Virus record (IMG/VR): IMGVR_UViG_3300027759_000043 | Direction: 5' to 3' (one strand) | Source of the DNA: a virus | Taxonomy: Duplodnaviria; Caudoviricetes | Length of the DNA stretch: 64,000 nucleotides | Shown here: positions 54,797-64,000 of the stretch, piece by piece | Layout: every line of letters starts with the position of its first letter | Numbering within the stretch: the first letter of the stretch is position 1 | Notes under the pieces: model-generated | Database searches by the model: none | What the model saw: the letters and a program-made list of their open reading frames with translations, nothing else | What the model was told of the DNA's origin: nothing | Translations under genes and position numbers: made by a program

Positions 54797-55918
54797 ATGT
54801 CCGCCGTACCATATACTTTTGCAAACGATACTGGCAATATTGCCCTAAGTCAACTTGACGTCAATTTTGCCAACGTCAAAGCCCAAGCCGATACTGCTGT
54901 TGTGGTAACGGCCTCTGCACAGCCTAATATTAGCAGTGTAGGCACGTTGAGCAGTTTAAGTGTGACTGGCAATATTACTACTGCTAGTTATTTCAAAGGT
55001 AATGGATCAGCACTAACTGGAATTGTGGTGTCTGGTGCCAATGCCGCGCAATTGGTTGGTAGCACATTGAGTTCAAACGTAGTTAATAGCAGTTTGACCT
55101 CTGTGGGTATTTTAACTGGATTGAATGTTGATGGAACAATTTCATCAACTGGGACAATCACTGGTGCCTACATTGTGGGCAGTGGGGTAGGATTAACTGC
55201 AATTCCGGCTGCTAACATCTCTGGAACTGTGGCCAATGCCACTTATGCTACTTCAGCAGGTAGTGCTACATTTGCAACAACCGCCACCAGTGCAACAACT
55301 GCCACTCAAGCCACCTATGCCACCACAGCCAATTCTGTTGCTGGCGCTAATGTTTCAGGCACAGTGGCCAATGCAACTTATGCTATAACTTCAGGGTTTA
55401 CCACTTCCGCTGATAGTTCTGTTACTGCGGCCTTTGTTACATCAAATGCTCAGAGTAATATCACCAGTGTTGGTACATTAACTTCATTGAGTGTTACCGG
55501 CAACATCACTGGTGCATATGTTAGAGGCAACGGTTCTGCACTGACAAACTTAGTTGGTGCCAATGTCACAGGTACTGTGGCCAGCGCAACAACTGCCACA
55601 GTGGCTGGAACTGTGACTACAAATGCTCAGGCCAACATCACCAGTGTTGGCACACTGACTTCATTGACTGTCACTGGCAATGCCACAAGCGGCAATTTGC
55701 TAACTGGTGGGTTAGTAAGTGCCACTGGCAACGTAACTGGCGGAAATATACGCACTGCTGGCGTGGTTAGTGCAACTGGTAATATTATTGGCGGCAATTT
55801 AGTTGTTGGCAGCAATGTTGCCATGCTGAGTAATGTGGCTCGCTACACCTGGGTATCCAATGCGGCACCGTCTGCTGGTCAAGGCAACATCGGCGATATC
55901 TGGTATCAGACTGTCTAA
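54797..55918 (+). CDS. Tail fibre-like protein
   Basis: TAAATA upstream; NITSVGTLTSL repeats; ends GNIGDIWYQTV. Confidence 0.78.
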   Translation: MSAVPYTFANDTGNIALSQLDVNFANVKAQADTAVVVTASAQPNISSVGTLSSLSVTGNITTASYFKGNGSALTGIVVSGANAAQLVGSTLSSNVVNSSLTSVGILTGLNVDGTISSTGTITGAYIVGSGVGLTAIPAANISGTVANATYATSAGSATFATTATSATTATQATYATTANSVAGANVSGTVANATYAITSGFTTSADSSVTAAFVTSNAQSNITSVGTLTSLSVTGNITGAYVRGNGSALTNLVGANVTGTVASATTATVAGTVTTNAQANITSVGTLTSLTVTGNATSGNLLTGGLVSATGNVTGGNIRTAGVVSATGNIIGGNLVVGSNVAMLSNVARYTWVSNAAPSAGQGNIGDIWYQTV

Positions 55919-57558
55919 TGGAAACTAAAGAATATATTGTTGCGTTAAACAAAGGAGTTGACTATGATCAATTCTGGGCCGACATCGAAAATCCCACCAC
56001 TGGACTAGCACATATTCCAGATCGCTCAGTGGGAATTGCAGATAATCTAGATGCACTAGATAGAGTGACTCATTATTTCTTGACTGCAGAAGAAGCAGAA
56101 AAGTTGCGCAATGATCCTAGAGTTCTAGGTGTTGAAATACCAGCAGAGCATAGGGATGATATTGTAATCTCTTTGAATACAGTACAAATTGGAAATTTTA
56201 CAAAAACAAACAGCAGTACAGGAAATATTTTAAACTGGGGATTAATCAGAAATAGTAATCCTACTAACGTGTACGGGTCAAGTACTACAACAACAGAAAA
56301 TTATAACTATGTGCTAAATGGAAACAATGTAGACATAGTTATCATTGATAGTGGCATACAAATAAACCATCCTGAGTTTGGTAATAGAGTAAATGCTTAC
56401 CAGTGGACTAACGCAGTTAACACCACAACATTTTACACAGACTATAATGGTCACGGAACCCACGTTGCTGGCATTGCCGCAGGTAATACTTATGGTTGGG
56501 CTAAAAATTCTAACATATACGCAATAAAGTTTGTTGACCCAGGTGCGACCGATCCTGATAAAGGATTCTCTAATCAAACGTTTGGCTATGTAGCAAATCT
56601 TTTAGTAAGTTGGCAGAATTCAAAACCTGTAAATCCTGTTACTGGTGTAAAAAATCCCACAGTGGTTAATATGAGTTTTGGGTATGGTATTAGTACTAGT
56701 ACATATTATGTTGCAAATGTGACTTACAGGGGTAATACATATTCGAGCCCGGCTGTGCCTAATAGTACATACGGACTGTATTTTTATCAAGGTATATATC
56801 CATATAGAGATCCAACATATGATGTTTATGTAGATCAAATGACAGCCGCCGGTATGACGGTTTGCAAGGCCGCCGGTAACGACGGATTAAAAATTGATGT
56901 ACCAGGAGGCGTTGATTACAATAATACTATCCAATTAAAATATATTGCAAATAATGTGTCTGTTGGATCATATTACTATATGCAAGGTTCATCACCAATG
57001 AGTAATACTGCTATCATAGTCGGAGCATTGGATTCTACTACATATAGTTCTACCCTTGACAAGAAAGCATATTATTCTGATGCTGGTCCAATGGTAGATA
57101 TTTTTGCCGCAGGTTCAAATATACAAAGTGCATGGTCTAGTAATAGTGCCACCGCTGGGTCAACGTATTATGCAAATGCTTCATTTAAACAATACAACCA
57201 ACCAGGTACCTCAATGGCCAGCCCTCAGATTGCAGGCTCTGCGGCATTGTACTTGCAAGCACATCCTACTGCCACTCCTGCACAAGTAAAAACAGCATTA
57301 TTAAATAACGAAACTACTACAATGATAGGAAATATTGCTACCAATCCTTCAGGAAATGATTATGGTAACACAGTATCCCAGTGGGGCGGAAATGCTGGAG
57401 TAGCGTATCAAGCGATACAAGGGCTGACCCAAATTAAAAGCAGTTCCGGAAATTGGCAGTCGTTACAAAATATACAGATAAAAACTGCCGCAAACACTTG
57501 GACCACAGTCGACCGAGTGTGGACTAAAACTGCAAGCGGTTGGCTACAAACGTACTAA
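55918..57558 (+). CDS. Subtilisin-like S8 serine protease with fibre-type C-terminal cap
   Basis: Catalytic triad IIDSGI, NGHGTHVAG, GTSMASP. Confidence 0.92.
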   Translation: METKEYIVALNKGVDYDQFWADIENPTTGLAHIPDRSVGIADNLDALDRVTHYFLTAEEAEKLRNDPRVLGVEIPAEHRDDIVISLNTVQIGNFTKTNSSTGNILNWGLIRNSNPTNVYGSSTTTTENYNYVLNGNNVDIVIIDSGIQINHPEFGNRVNAYQWTNAVNTTTFYTDYNGHGTHVAGIAAGNTYGWAKNSNIYAIKFVDPGATDPDKGFSNQTFGYVANLLVSWQNSKPVNPVTGVKNPTVVNMSFGYGISTSTYYVANVTYRGNTYSSPAVPNSTYGLYFYQGIYPYRDPTYDVYVDQMTAAGMTVCKAAGNDGLKIDVPGGVDYNNTIQLKYIANNVSVGSYYYMQGSSPMSNTAIIVGALDSTTYSSTLDKKAYYSDAGPMVDIFAAGSNIQSAWSSNSATAGSTYYANASFKQYNQPGTSMASPQIAGSAALYLQAHPTATPAQVKTALLNNETTTMIGNIATNPSGNDYGNTVSQWGGNAGVAYQAIQGLTQIKSSSGNWQSLQNIQIKTAANTWTTVDRVWTKTASGWLQTY

Positions 57559-57585
57559 ATACACATATTATTCTAGGATACCAAA

Positions 57586-58476
57586 ATGACCAGCCAAATA
57601 AACCCAAACGATATCGACGGCGCTTACCCAGTTGCTGGGCAAGACAACAACAGCCAAGGATTTCGTGACAATTTTACCAACACCAGCACAAACTTTCAGT
57701 ATGCGGCTGATGAAATTACTGACTTGCAAAACAAAGCAGTACTAAAAGCCGCCCTGACCGGGACCACCCTGGACAACGACATGGACAGCCAGTTGTTGTA
57801 CAATTTCCAGTCTCAGCAAGTTTCTGGTACTCTCAATAATTTTGCCACCACAAGCGGCTCAGTTTCTTTGAACTGGACCCTTGGATCATATGCAACGTTG
57901 ACCACATCAGGTTCTATTGTCCTGGGATTTTCTAACTTCCCTGCTTCAGGCGTGAGCGCATCGATTGTGTTGCAGATCACAGTTGCCAGCACCGCACACA
58001 CATTGCAATTGCCCACTGCGGTCACAATTGGTACTGCCAATCTGCAGGGATATGTGCCCAGCACAAGAACAATCACATTCAACAAGACCGGTACTTACAC
58101 ATTTGAATTCTCGACTGTGGATGGCGGTACTTCGGTTACTGTTATTGATCTAAACCGCAATCAAGATCCAATCTATTTGCCCAGTTCAGAAGACCTGGCT
58201 GCCAGCGCCGGTGCCAATTTGGCTGTGACAACCAGTTACTTTTCTACTTCCTCGGCAGAAACTGCCACCTTGGCCGCTGGCGCAACAGGACAAATCAAAG
58301 TGTTCAGTGCAGTAGATGTCACTGCCGGTGACATGGTTATTACTGTATCAAATGCAGGCTGGAAAGCATCAGGAACCGGATCCATTACATTTAATGCACG
58401 TGGTGAAAGTTGTACTCTACAATATACCAATTCCAAATGGTTCTGTATCGGCAACAATGGTTGTACATTTGCCTGA
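57586..58476 (+). CDS. Virion structural protein
   Basis: TAAATA upstream; YPVAGQDNNSQGFRDNF start; beta-rich C-terminus. Confidence 0.75.
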   Translation: MTSQINPNDIDGAYPVAGQDNNSQGFRDNFTNTSTNFQYAADEITDLQNKAVLKAALTGTTLDNDMDSQLLYNFQSQQVSGTLNNFATTSGSVSLNWTLGSYATLTTSGSIVLGFSNFPASGVSASIVLQITVASTAHTLQLPTAVTIGTANLQGYVPSTRTITFNKTGTYTFEFSTVDGGTSVTVIDLNRNQDPIYLPSSEDLAASAGANLAVTTSYFSTSSAETATLAAGATGQIKVFSAVDVTAGDMVITVSNAGWKASGTGSITFNARGESCTLQYTNSKWFCIGNNGCTFA

Positions 58477-58482
58477 TGGGTA

Positions 58483-58511
58483 TTGACAACGCCTTGTAAT
58501 TCCTGTATACT
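58483..58511 (+). promoter_or_regulatory. sigma70-type early promoter
   Basis: TTGACA-17 nt-TATACT. Confidence 0.8.
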
Positions 58512-58529
58512 CTACACACAAGGAGTAAC

Positions 58530-58766
58530 ATGGAACATCCGTTTATAAATGATCTAGATGGCTTGACCCTGGAACAACTGGGGTCAAAAATTTCCGAACT
58601 CAACAAGAAATTGGGCATTGCCATGCGCTCAGGCAATCCTTATCTTTGCGACCAAATCCGTATGGCCATTGACAGTTACTATAGCAAGCAACAAGAAAAG
58701 ATGGCTGAACTTTACCGACCCAAAGACGGCGAAGATCCTTTTAATTCCAAGATTGATATATCATGA
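58530..58766 (+). CDS. Small hypothetical protein
   Basis: AAGGAG RBS; MEHPFINDL start. Confidence 0.7.
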   Translation: MEHPFINDLDGLTLEQLGSKISELNKKLGIAMRSGNPYLCDQIRMAIDSYYSKQQEKMAELYRPKDGEDPFNSKIDIS

Positions 58767-59368
58767 ATGTAAGATTAGAATATGACATGCACTGGCGAGC
58801 AGCCATTTGGTTTGAGAACTGCCTGCAGGTCAACAGTTACAACATTGAACTGGCCATCACAACCAACACCAATAATTCCGATGACCATGTGGTGAGTTTG
58901 AATAGACTTAATCATTTTGTCTACAACGAAATGGCCAATACAGTGTACATACATCAAAACGATGTCACACAGATTCAGGCACTCACAGCGGCTGGGATCA
59001 AAGTAACCACTCTACCCGAAGAGCCTATTGACCAGATCATAGGTATTGCGTTATACTGCAAACTCAATGCTATCTTGCAGGAAAGAATGTTTGTGAACGG
59101 GGTGACCATACAGAGTGATCTTGGGGACAATGTACGATATCTACACAACGATCATGAAAGTACAGGACCACTTGGCCAAATTGGTTGGTGGCAAGACTCT
59201 ACACCCGTACATTCAGACTTCAAATCCTCTGCCAGTAAAAAACACGTGGTCCGACTCAACAGAACCATGTCATGGCAGGATCTTGAAATGGAATGGTCTG
59301 ATGTGGAACCTACAGACAATACTGGTAACACCGTGGTATTTGCAAAGTTTGGACCTGATGAAAACTGA
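58763..59368 (+). CDS. Conserved hypothetical phage protein
   Basis: Coupled ORF; LP.EP.DQ.IGI.LYCKLNAI. Confidence 0.7.
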   Translation: MNVRLEYDMHWRAAIWFENCLQVNSYNIELAITTNTNNSDDHVVSLNRLNHFVYNEMANTVYIHQNDVTQIQALTAAGIKVTTLPEEPIDQIIGIALYCKLNAILQERMFVNGVTIQSDLGDNVRYLHNDHESTGPLGQIGWWQDSTPVHSDFKSSASKKHVVRLNRTMSWQDLEMEWSDVEPTDNTGNTVVFAKFGPDEN

Positions 59369-59867
59369 TAGTGTGGGGCAAGTTGTACTGGGCGAGCAGG
59401 ACTTGATCAACTTGGTCATGCAAGGGCGTGACCTTGAAAGTGTGGGCGGCACCTTGGTAGACGATTCAGTAGACATAGAAGCCGCAGCCTTTTGGTTGGA
59501 ACATGTGCCCGATTTTACGCACTGGACTGAACCTGATGCTCAAGCAGTATTTGATCACATGCAACAAAGCACATGGCACATGCCTGAAGAATACAAGGAA
59601 CTAGACATTGCTGAACATGTGCTAAAACTTTGTGCCACCGAAGCCCAACTACAACGCTGTGGTTCAGAATTATTGCTGTATCAAGAACGTGGCCTGTTTG
59701 ATTTGTTGCGTTATCTAAAATATCTGGTGGATGTCATGCGTGACAATCATGTGATATGGGGTGTGGGTCGAGGATCCAGTGTGGCCAGTTATGTGTTATA
59801 CCTGTTGGGTGTACATAGAATTGACAGCCTGTACTACGAATTAGATCCTGCAGAGTTCCTGCGTTAA
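59358..59867 (+). CDS. Stand-alone fragment of DNA polymerase III alpha (family C); start revised to 59358
   Basis: RC..EL..Y, LRYLKYLVD..R, WGVGRGSSVASYVLYLLGVHRIDSL..EL...EFL. Confidence 0.8.
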   Translation: MKTDSVGQVVLGEQDLINLVMQGRDLESVGGTLVDDSVDIEAAAFWLEHVPDFTHWTEPDAQAVFDHMQQSTWHMPEEYKELDIAEHVLKLCATEAQLQRCGSELLLYQERGLFDLLRYLKYLVDVMRDNHVIWGVGRGSSVASYVLYLLGVHRIDSLYYELDPAEFLR

Positions 59868-59889
59868 ATAGAGTTCAAGGAGAAAAACA

Positions 59890-60291
59890 ATGACACAAAA
59901 AACTTATCGAACTGCACAAGGCAAAGTTGTTGATCTAGGCGCCATGATGGTGCAAAACGAAACTGTTCGTGCTGTGGGCAACATGAGTGCAAATGCTCGT
60001 GGTGACATAATTGACAATCAAGGTCGTGTGCTGGCCACACGTGGTGAACAAGTAAATCGAAATCTCAACCGCCAGACCAATGCTAATTCAGGACCTATTC
60101 CCACCAGCAATCGTGTGCCCGAAACACCTAAACTAAGCCAAGCAGAACAATTGGAACTGGACCGAAAACAACGACAAGCCAAACGCGAAGCCGTGGCACG
60201 TGGTGAAAAAGTAGAACTCAAGGGCGATGCTCCCACTCAGGGACTTGCGGCTGCCATGGCTCGCGCAGAAAAACTCAAGGATCAAGAATGA
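59890..60291 (+). CDS. Conserved hypothetical phage protein
   Basis: AAGGAG RBS; YRTAQGKVVD.G....NE..RAVGNM..NARGD. Confidence 0.7.
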   Translation: MTQKTYRTAQGKVVDLGAMMVQNETVRAVGNMSANARGDIIDNQGRVLATRGEQVNRNLNRQTNANSGPIPTSNRVPETPKLSQAEQLELDRKQRQAKREAVARGEKVELKGDAPTQGLAAAMARAEKLKDQE

Positions 60292-60689
60292 CAAAATTAG
60301 CATATCAAGCACATCAACTACGAAGAGAACAACTCAAGCCCCTAAACGATTCAGTAATTGTAGGAGAAATGGTATTTGACCAACGCTTTACCACAGGCGG
60401 TATTGTGTTACTCAACGACAACGGCAAGAGTACAGGCATTCGCCCACGTTGGGGTCAAGTGTATGCTGTAGGCCCTGAACAACATGATGTACGGGTAGGC
60501 GAGTGGGTGTGCGTTGCACATGGTCGTTGGACTCGTGGTATTGACATTGAAGACGAAAACGGCAAGCAAACACTACGTCGAGTTGATCCCAAAGACATTC
60601 TAATACAAACCGATGAACAACCCAACGATGAAACTTTTAGCACAGCCATTCACGTGGAAGCCAAACCAGACTGGATGCAACACAACTAA
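60288..60689 (+). CDS. groES: Co-chaperonin GroES-like
   Basis: LKPLNDSVIV, TTGGIVL, GQVYAVGP, VRVGEWV, DIL. Confidence 0.8.
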   Translation: MTKLAYQAHQLRREQLKPLNDSVIVGEMVFDQRFTTGGIVLLNDNGKSTGIRPRWGQVYAVGPEQHDVRVGEWVCVAHGRWTRGIDIEDENGKQTLRRVDPKDILIQTDEQPNDETFSTAIHVEAKPDWMQHN

Positions 60690-60690
60690 C

Positions 60691-62364
60691 ATGACCGTTG
60701 ATCAATGCCTAGACGACCTGCGTAAAAAATTTAACGTACTCGACGTTGTATGGTGCGATCAGTGGAATTCAAATGTTGACGCTTTGTTGCAAATACAGTC
60801 TTTGCACAGAGATGTTTTTGAGAATGATCAGCGAGTGGTTTTTGTTATCACAAAAGACTCTTCTACTTCAACAATTCCTGGGCAAACTTTACAAAACTTG
60901 CAAACCATGATCAATGATGTGGATATAAGCAATTTTTTTATCTGCCTTGTCAGTACTAATCCTGATTTAAACCAACATTATAAAACTGTTTTTGAAAATA
61001 TCAGCCGAGATACAGTGCCATTCCATGTTTATCAATGCCAAGGAAACTATCACACAGTTAAAGATACCTACTTAGAAGTCTTTAACAAATATAACAGTGT
61101 AAAAAACATAGCACACAGTGTCACACACTTGAACAAACAACACAAAGAGTTACTGTTTCATAACAAAACTTTTTGCATGTTGCCATGGACGGGCATCAAT
61201 GTAGAACCCAACAATCGTGTGCGTCCTTGTTGCGCATTTCAACAATCTTTAGGTGATAGTTCTGCTCATTCTCTTGAAACTATATGGAACTCATCTTCAT
61301 GGAAACAGATAAGAACAAAAATGCTGGCAGGCCAGCGTGTGGCAGCCTGCGATAACTGCTATCAAAAAGAAGCCATGGGCAGGGACACCCTAAGACTCAC
61401 AGTCAATCGATTACTAGTCGATCAAATTGGCGTAGTAGATCTTACTAAAGATGACGGACACCTTGACCAATTTCATCTCAATTATTGGGACATCAGATAC
61501 AACAATCTTTGCAATCTTGCCTGTCGTAGTTGCAATCCTGAGGCATCATCATCTTGGCATCGACCTGCGGTAAGTTTAGGAATGATAGATGCTGATCAGC
61601 CGCCGATGCTAGTGGCAGGTCGAGACAACAATGATATATTTCAACAAATCATCCAGCACATAGATCATGTAAAACAGATATACTTTGCCGGCGGCGAACC
61701 CTCGATGATTGATAAATTCTATGACATACTGGAATTGCTAGACGCACACGGTCGTAATGATGTGCGCTTGTGCTACAATATCAATATGTCAAGATTGTCA
61801 CTCAAAAAGAAATCTTTGCTAAATCTCTGGCAACGCTTTCCCAATGTCAGTATTGGTGCTAGCCTTGATGGTGAATATCAACGTGGTGAGTATCTAAGGC
61901 AAGGTTTAGTATGGAATGATGTAGTTGATAATCGCCGCATGATGCAGGATTTATGTCCGCATATTGATTTTTACGTGACTGCCACTGTTAGTATTTTAAA
62001 TGTACTACACCTGCCAGACTTTCACCAATCATGGGTTGAACAAAAACTGATAGGGCCAGAGGATTTTAATATACAAATGTTGTTTAATCCAATGCATCTT
62101 CGAGTAGATCATAGCCCCGATAGTATGAAAGACAAAATTAGGCAAGCATATACCAAACACCTGGACTGGTTGATACCAAAAGATTCATTGGGACGGGCTA
62201 CCTATGGATTTCGTAGTGTGATGCACTATATTGAAAATAATCACGAATTTGACAGTGTTGATTTTTGGCATAAAATTCAGCAACTGGATCAATTTCATAA
62301 CACTGATATGATGCATTGTTTTCCTGAATTGAGTTTTTTACAAGATAATAAGCAACCTATATGA
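60691..62364 (+). CDS. Radical SAM protein with twitch/SPASM-like cluster
   Basis: FCMLPW..CC..CDNCY; NLCNLACRSC; YFAGGEP; ASLDG. Confidence 0.88.
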   Translation: MTVDQCLDDLRKKFNVLDVVWCDQWNSNVDALLQIQSLHRDVFENDQRVVFVITKDSSTSTIPGQTLQNLQTMINDVDISNFFICLVSTNPDLNQHYKTVFENISRDTVPFHVYQCQGNYHTVKDTYLEVFNKYNSVKNIAHSVTHLNKQHKELLFHNKTFCMLPWTGINVEPNNRVRPCCAFQQSLGDSSAHSLETIWNSSSWKQIRTKMLAGQRVAACDNCYQKEAMGRDTLRLTVNRLLVDQIGVVDLTKDDGHLDQFHLNYWDIRYNNLCNLACRSCNPEASSSWHRPAVSLGMIDADQPPMLVAGRDNNDIFQQIIQHIDHVKQIYFAGGEPSMIDKFYDILELLDAHGRNDVRLCYNINMSRLSLKKKSLLNLWQRFPNVSIGASLDGEYQRGEYLRQGLVWNDVVDNRRMMQDLCPHIDFYVTATVSILNVLHLPDFHQSWVEQKLIGPEDFNIQMLFNPMHLRVDHSPDSMKDKIRQAYTKHLDWLIPKDSLGRATYGFRSVMHYIENNHEFDSVDFWHKIQQLDQFHNTDMMHCFPELSFLQDNKQPI

Positions 62365-62594
62365 TAATAGACTGGAACGTTGACAAAGTCGTTGCCGAAT
62401 GCCAAAAGATGTACCGCGGTGCCACGAATCCTTATGTGACGGGTTTTGTCAATTGGCCTTGCAAACAAGACTTGTATCGTGTAAAATTTGCTGTGGACGA
62501 GATGCTCAAGAACACCAGCGGATTTGCTGGTGAAGAGGAGTGGCTTGAACAACAGGAAAAAGACAAAATGTGGAAGGCATTAAATGGAAATTGA
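62361..62594 (+). CDS. Small hypothetical protein
   Basis: Coupled ORF; GFVNWPCKQDLY. Confidence 0.65.
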   Translation: MIIDWNVDKVVAECQKMYRGATNPYVTGFVNWPCKQDLYRVKFAVDEMLKNTSGFAGEEEWLEQQEKDKMWKALNGN

Positions 62595-62757
62595 AGTACA
62601 ACCAAAAGACCCAAGTCGGGGACATTTTTATGTGAGCCTTGCTAAAAGTACATTGCGAATTGTAGCAGGAGTTTTTCTAATTGACGGAAACTTCTATGTA
62701 GCAGGTTCATTACTGATCCTAGCAGAAGGACTGGGCGTTATAGAGGAATTGGTATAA
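62584..62757 (+). CDS. Small membrane protein (57 aa; not in track)
   Basis: MEIEVQPKDPSRGHFYVSLAKS.LRI..G...LAEGLG..EELV. Confidence 0.6.
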   Translation: MEIEVQPKDPSRGHFYVSLAKSTLRIVAGVFLIDGNFYVAGSLLILAEGLGVIEELV

Positions 62758-62758
62758 C

Positions 62759-63232
62759 ATGATTTTTAATCATATCAAACAACTCAAACAGGACGGAAAG
62801 AAAATTGGCATCACTTTCTCAACCTTTGACATGCTCCACGCGGGGCACATTGCCATGCTGAGTGAAGCCAAGAATCACTGTGACTACCTGATCTGTGGGC
62901 TCCAGACAGACCCGACTATTGATAGACCTGAAACTAAAAATCGCCCTATACAAAGTATTGTGGAGCGACAAATACAGTTGGCCGCATGCCGTTATGTTGA
63001 TGAAGTTGTTGTGTATCAAACCGAACAGGATCTTCGTGACCTACTGCTAATCTTACCGGTTGGTGTACGCATCCTGGGCATAGAATATCAAGACAAAGAT
63101 TTCTCAGGTCGAGATGAATGTTATGATCGTGGTATTGAGATTGTGTTCAACGGCAGAGATCATTCATTCTCCAGTTCAAGTTTACGTAAAAGAGTAGTGG
63201 CAGCAGAAACAATAAAGGCATTGCAACAATGA
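62759..63232 (+). CDS. Cytidylyltransferase (TagD/glycerol-3-phosphate type)
   Basis: TFDMLHAGH (HxGH), LQTDP, ERQIQL..C.YVDEV, RDHSFSSS. Confidence 0.88.
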   Translation: MIFNHIKQLKQDGKKIGITFSTFDMLHAGHIAMLSEAKNHCDYLICGLQTDPTIDRPETKNRPIQSIVERQIQLAACRYVDEVVVYQTEQDLRDLLLILPVGVRILGIEYQDKDFSGRDECYDRGIEIVFNGRDHSFSSSSLRKRVVAAETIKALQQ

Positions 63233-64000
63233 AAGAATTATGGGTAGAGAAATATCGTCCCAAGACCGTGGACGGTTATGTGTTTGTAGACGACACACAA
63301 CGTGAACAAGTGCAACAGTGGATTCGGGACGGATCAATTCCGCATTTAATGTTCTCAGGATCAGCAGGCACAGGCAAAACAACCTTGGCCAAGATGTTGA
63401 TCAATGAACTGGGTGTAGATGAGTATGATGTGATGTATGCCAATGGTTCCAAGGAAGCACGTAAAGTTGAGTGGGTAGACAAACTGATCAGTTTCTGTCA
63501 AACCATGCCGTTTGGTACATTTAAGATTGTGCTGATTGACGAAGCAGACTACATGAATCCCAACTCAGTACAACCTGCGCTTCGTAACTTGATGGAAGAC
63601 TACAGTCAAACAGTACGGTTCATTCTTACTTGTAACTATCCCACAAAGATCATTCCACCCCTGCACTCACGCTGTCAAAAATTACAAATCAACAAAACTG
63701 ATCATACAGAGTTCACTGCTCGTGCGGCAACTGTGCTGGTCACTGAGGGAGTGGAGTTTGATCTAGATGTGCTGGACACTTATGTCAAGGCAACGTATCC
63801 AGATCTGCGCAAGTGCCTGAACTTGTTGCAACCCAACAGCCAAACAGGTAGTCTGATCACACCTTCAGCCGCGGACAAGGGCATGGGTGACTGGCGCTTG
63901 GATTGTGTGGATTTGTTCAAACAAGGACGAGTTAGGGAAGCCCGAACACTCTTGTGTCAAAATGCCACACCAGAAGAAGCCAACGAAATATTTACTTGGA
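63229..64000 (+). CDS. Clamp loader AAA+ subunit (RFC / T4 gp44-like), truncated by window end; not in track
   Basis: LWVEKYRP, GSAGTGKTT (Walker A), LIDEAD (Walker B), FILTCNY, LHSRC. Confidence 0.92.
   Translation, partial: MKELWVEKYRPKTVDGYVFVDDTQREQVQQWIRDGSIPHLMFSGSAGTGKTTLAKMLINELGVDEYDVMYANGSKEARKVEWVDKLISFCQTMPFGTFKIVLIDEADYMNPNSVQPALRNLMEDYSQTVRFILTCNYPTKIIPPLHSRCQKLQINKTDHTEFTARAATVLVTEGVEFDLDVLDTYVKATYPDLRKCLNLLQPNSQTGSLITPSAADKGMGDWRLDCVDLFKQGRVREARTLLCQNATPEEANEIFTW

Noticed and set aside
1-64000. Bacterial chromosome or prophage origin
   Set aside because: Host-type genes are isolated among phage ORFans; there are no complete housekeeping operons, integrase or att site, and phage replication and virion genes are present.
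1-64000. Stop-codon reassignment, seen in some large phages
   Set aside because: Recognisable genes are full length in the standard code, with TAA, TGA and TAG all used as ends.
1-64000. tRNA, rRNA, intron or intein
   Set aside because: No cloverleaf/T-loop signature or interrupted conserved gene was noticed by eye; tRNAscan-SE and Infernal would be needed to exclude them fully.

Overview
This window is a gene-dense segment of a large (probably jumbo) T4-like tailed phage genome, not a bacterial chromosome. Evidence: an RFC/gp44-type clamp loader, a stand-alone GroES, a DnaE fragment, Gly/Asn/Thr-rich tail-fibre proteins, many consensus sigma70 early promoters and recurrent TAAATA late-promoter motifs. 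The PstS, ErpA, IF-1 and small DUF3563-like genes look betaproteobacterial, so an aquatic Burkholderiales-type host is inferred. Most notable is an apparent phage Pho regulon. Four Pho boxes, each followed by a TAAATA motif, precede pstS, a GATase-like gene, a plcP-agt pair (phospholipase C plus DAG glycosyltransferase, the bacterial phosphate-starvation lipid-remodelling module) and a malonyl-CoA-decarboxylase-like GNAT gene. Also present: an 18-bp palindrome phased with early promoters, capsid-targeting-like N-termini (one on a SOD), a ParB/DGQH plus HNH gene pair, two amidinotransferase clusters and a tandem array of small paralogues. All protein family calls come from motif recognition and recalled family features; no searches or alignments were run. 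No tRNA, rRNA, CRISPR array or integrase was seen.
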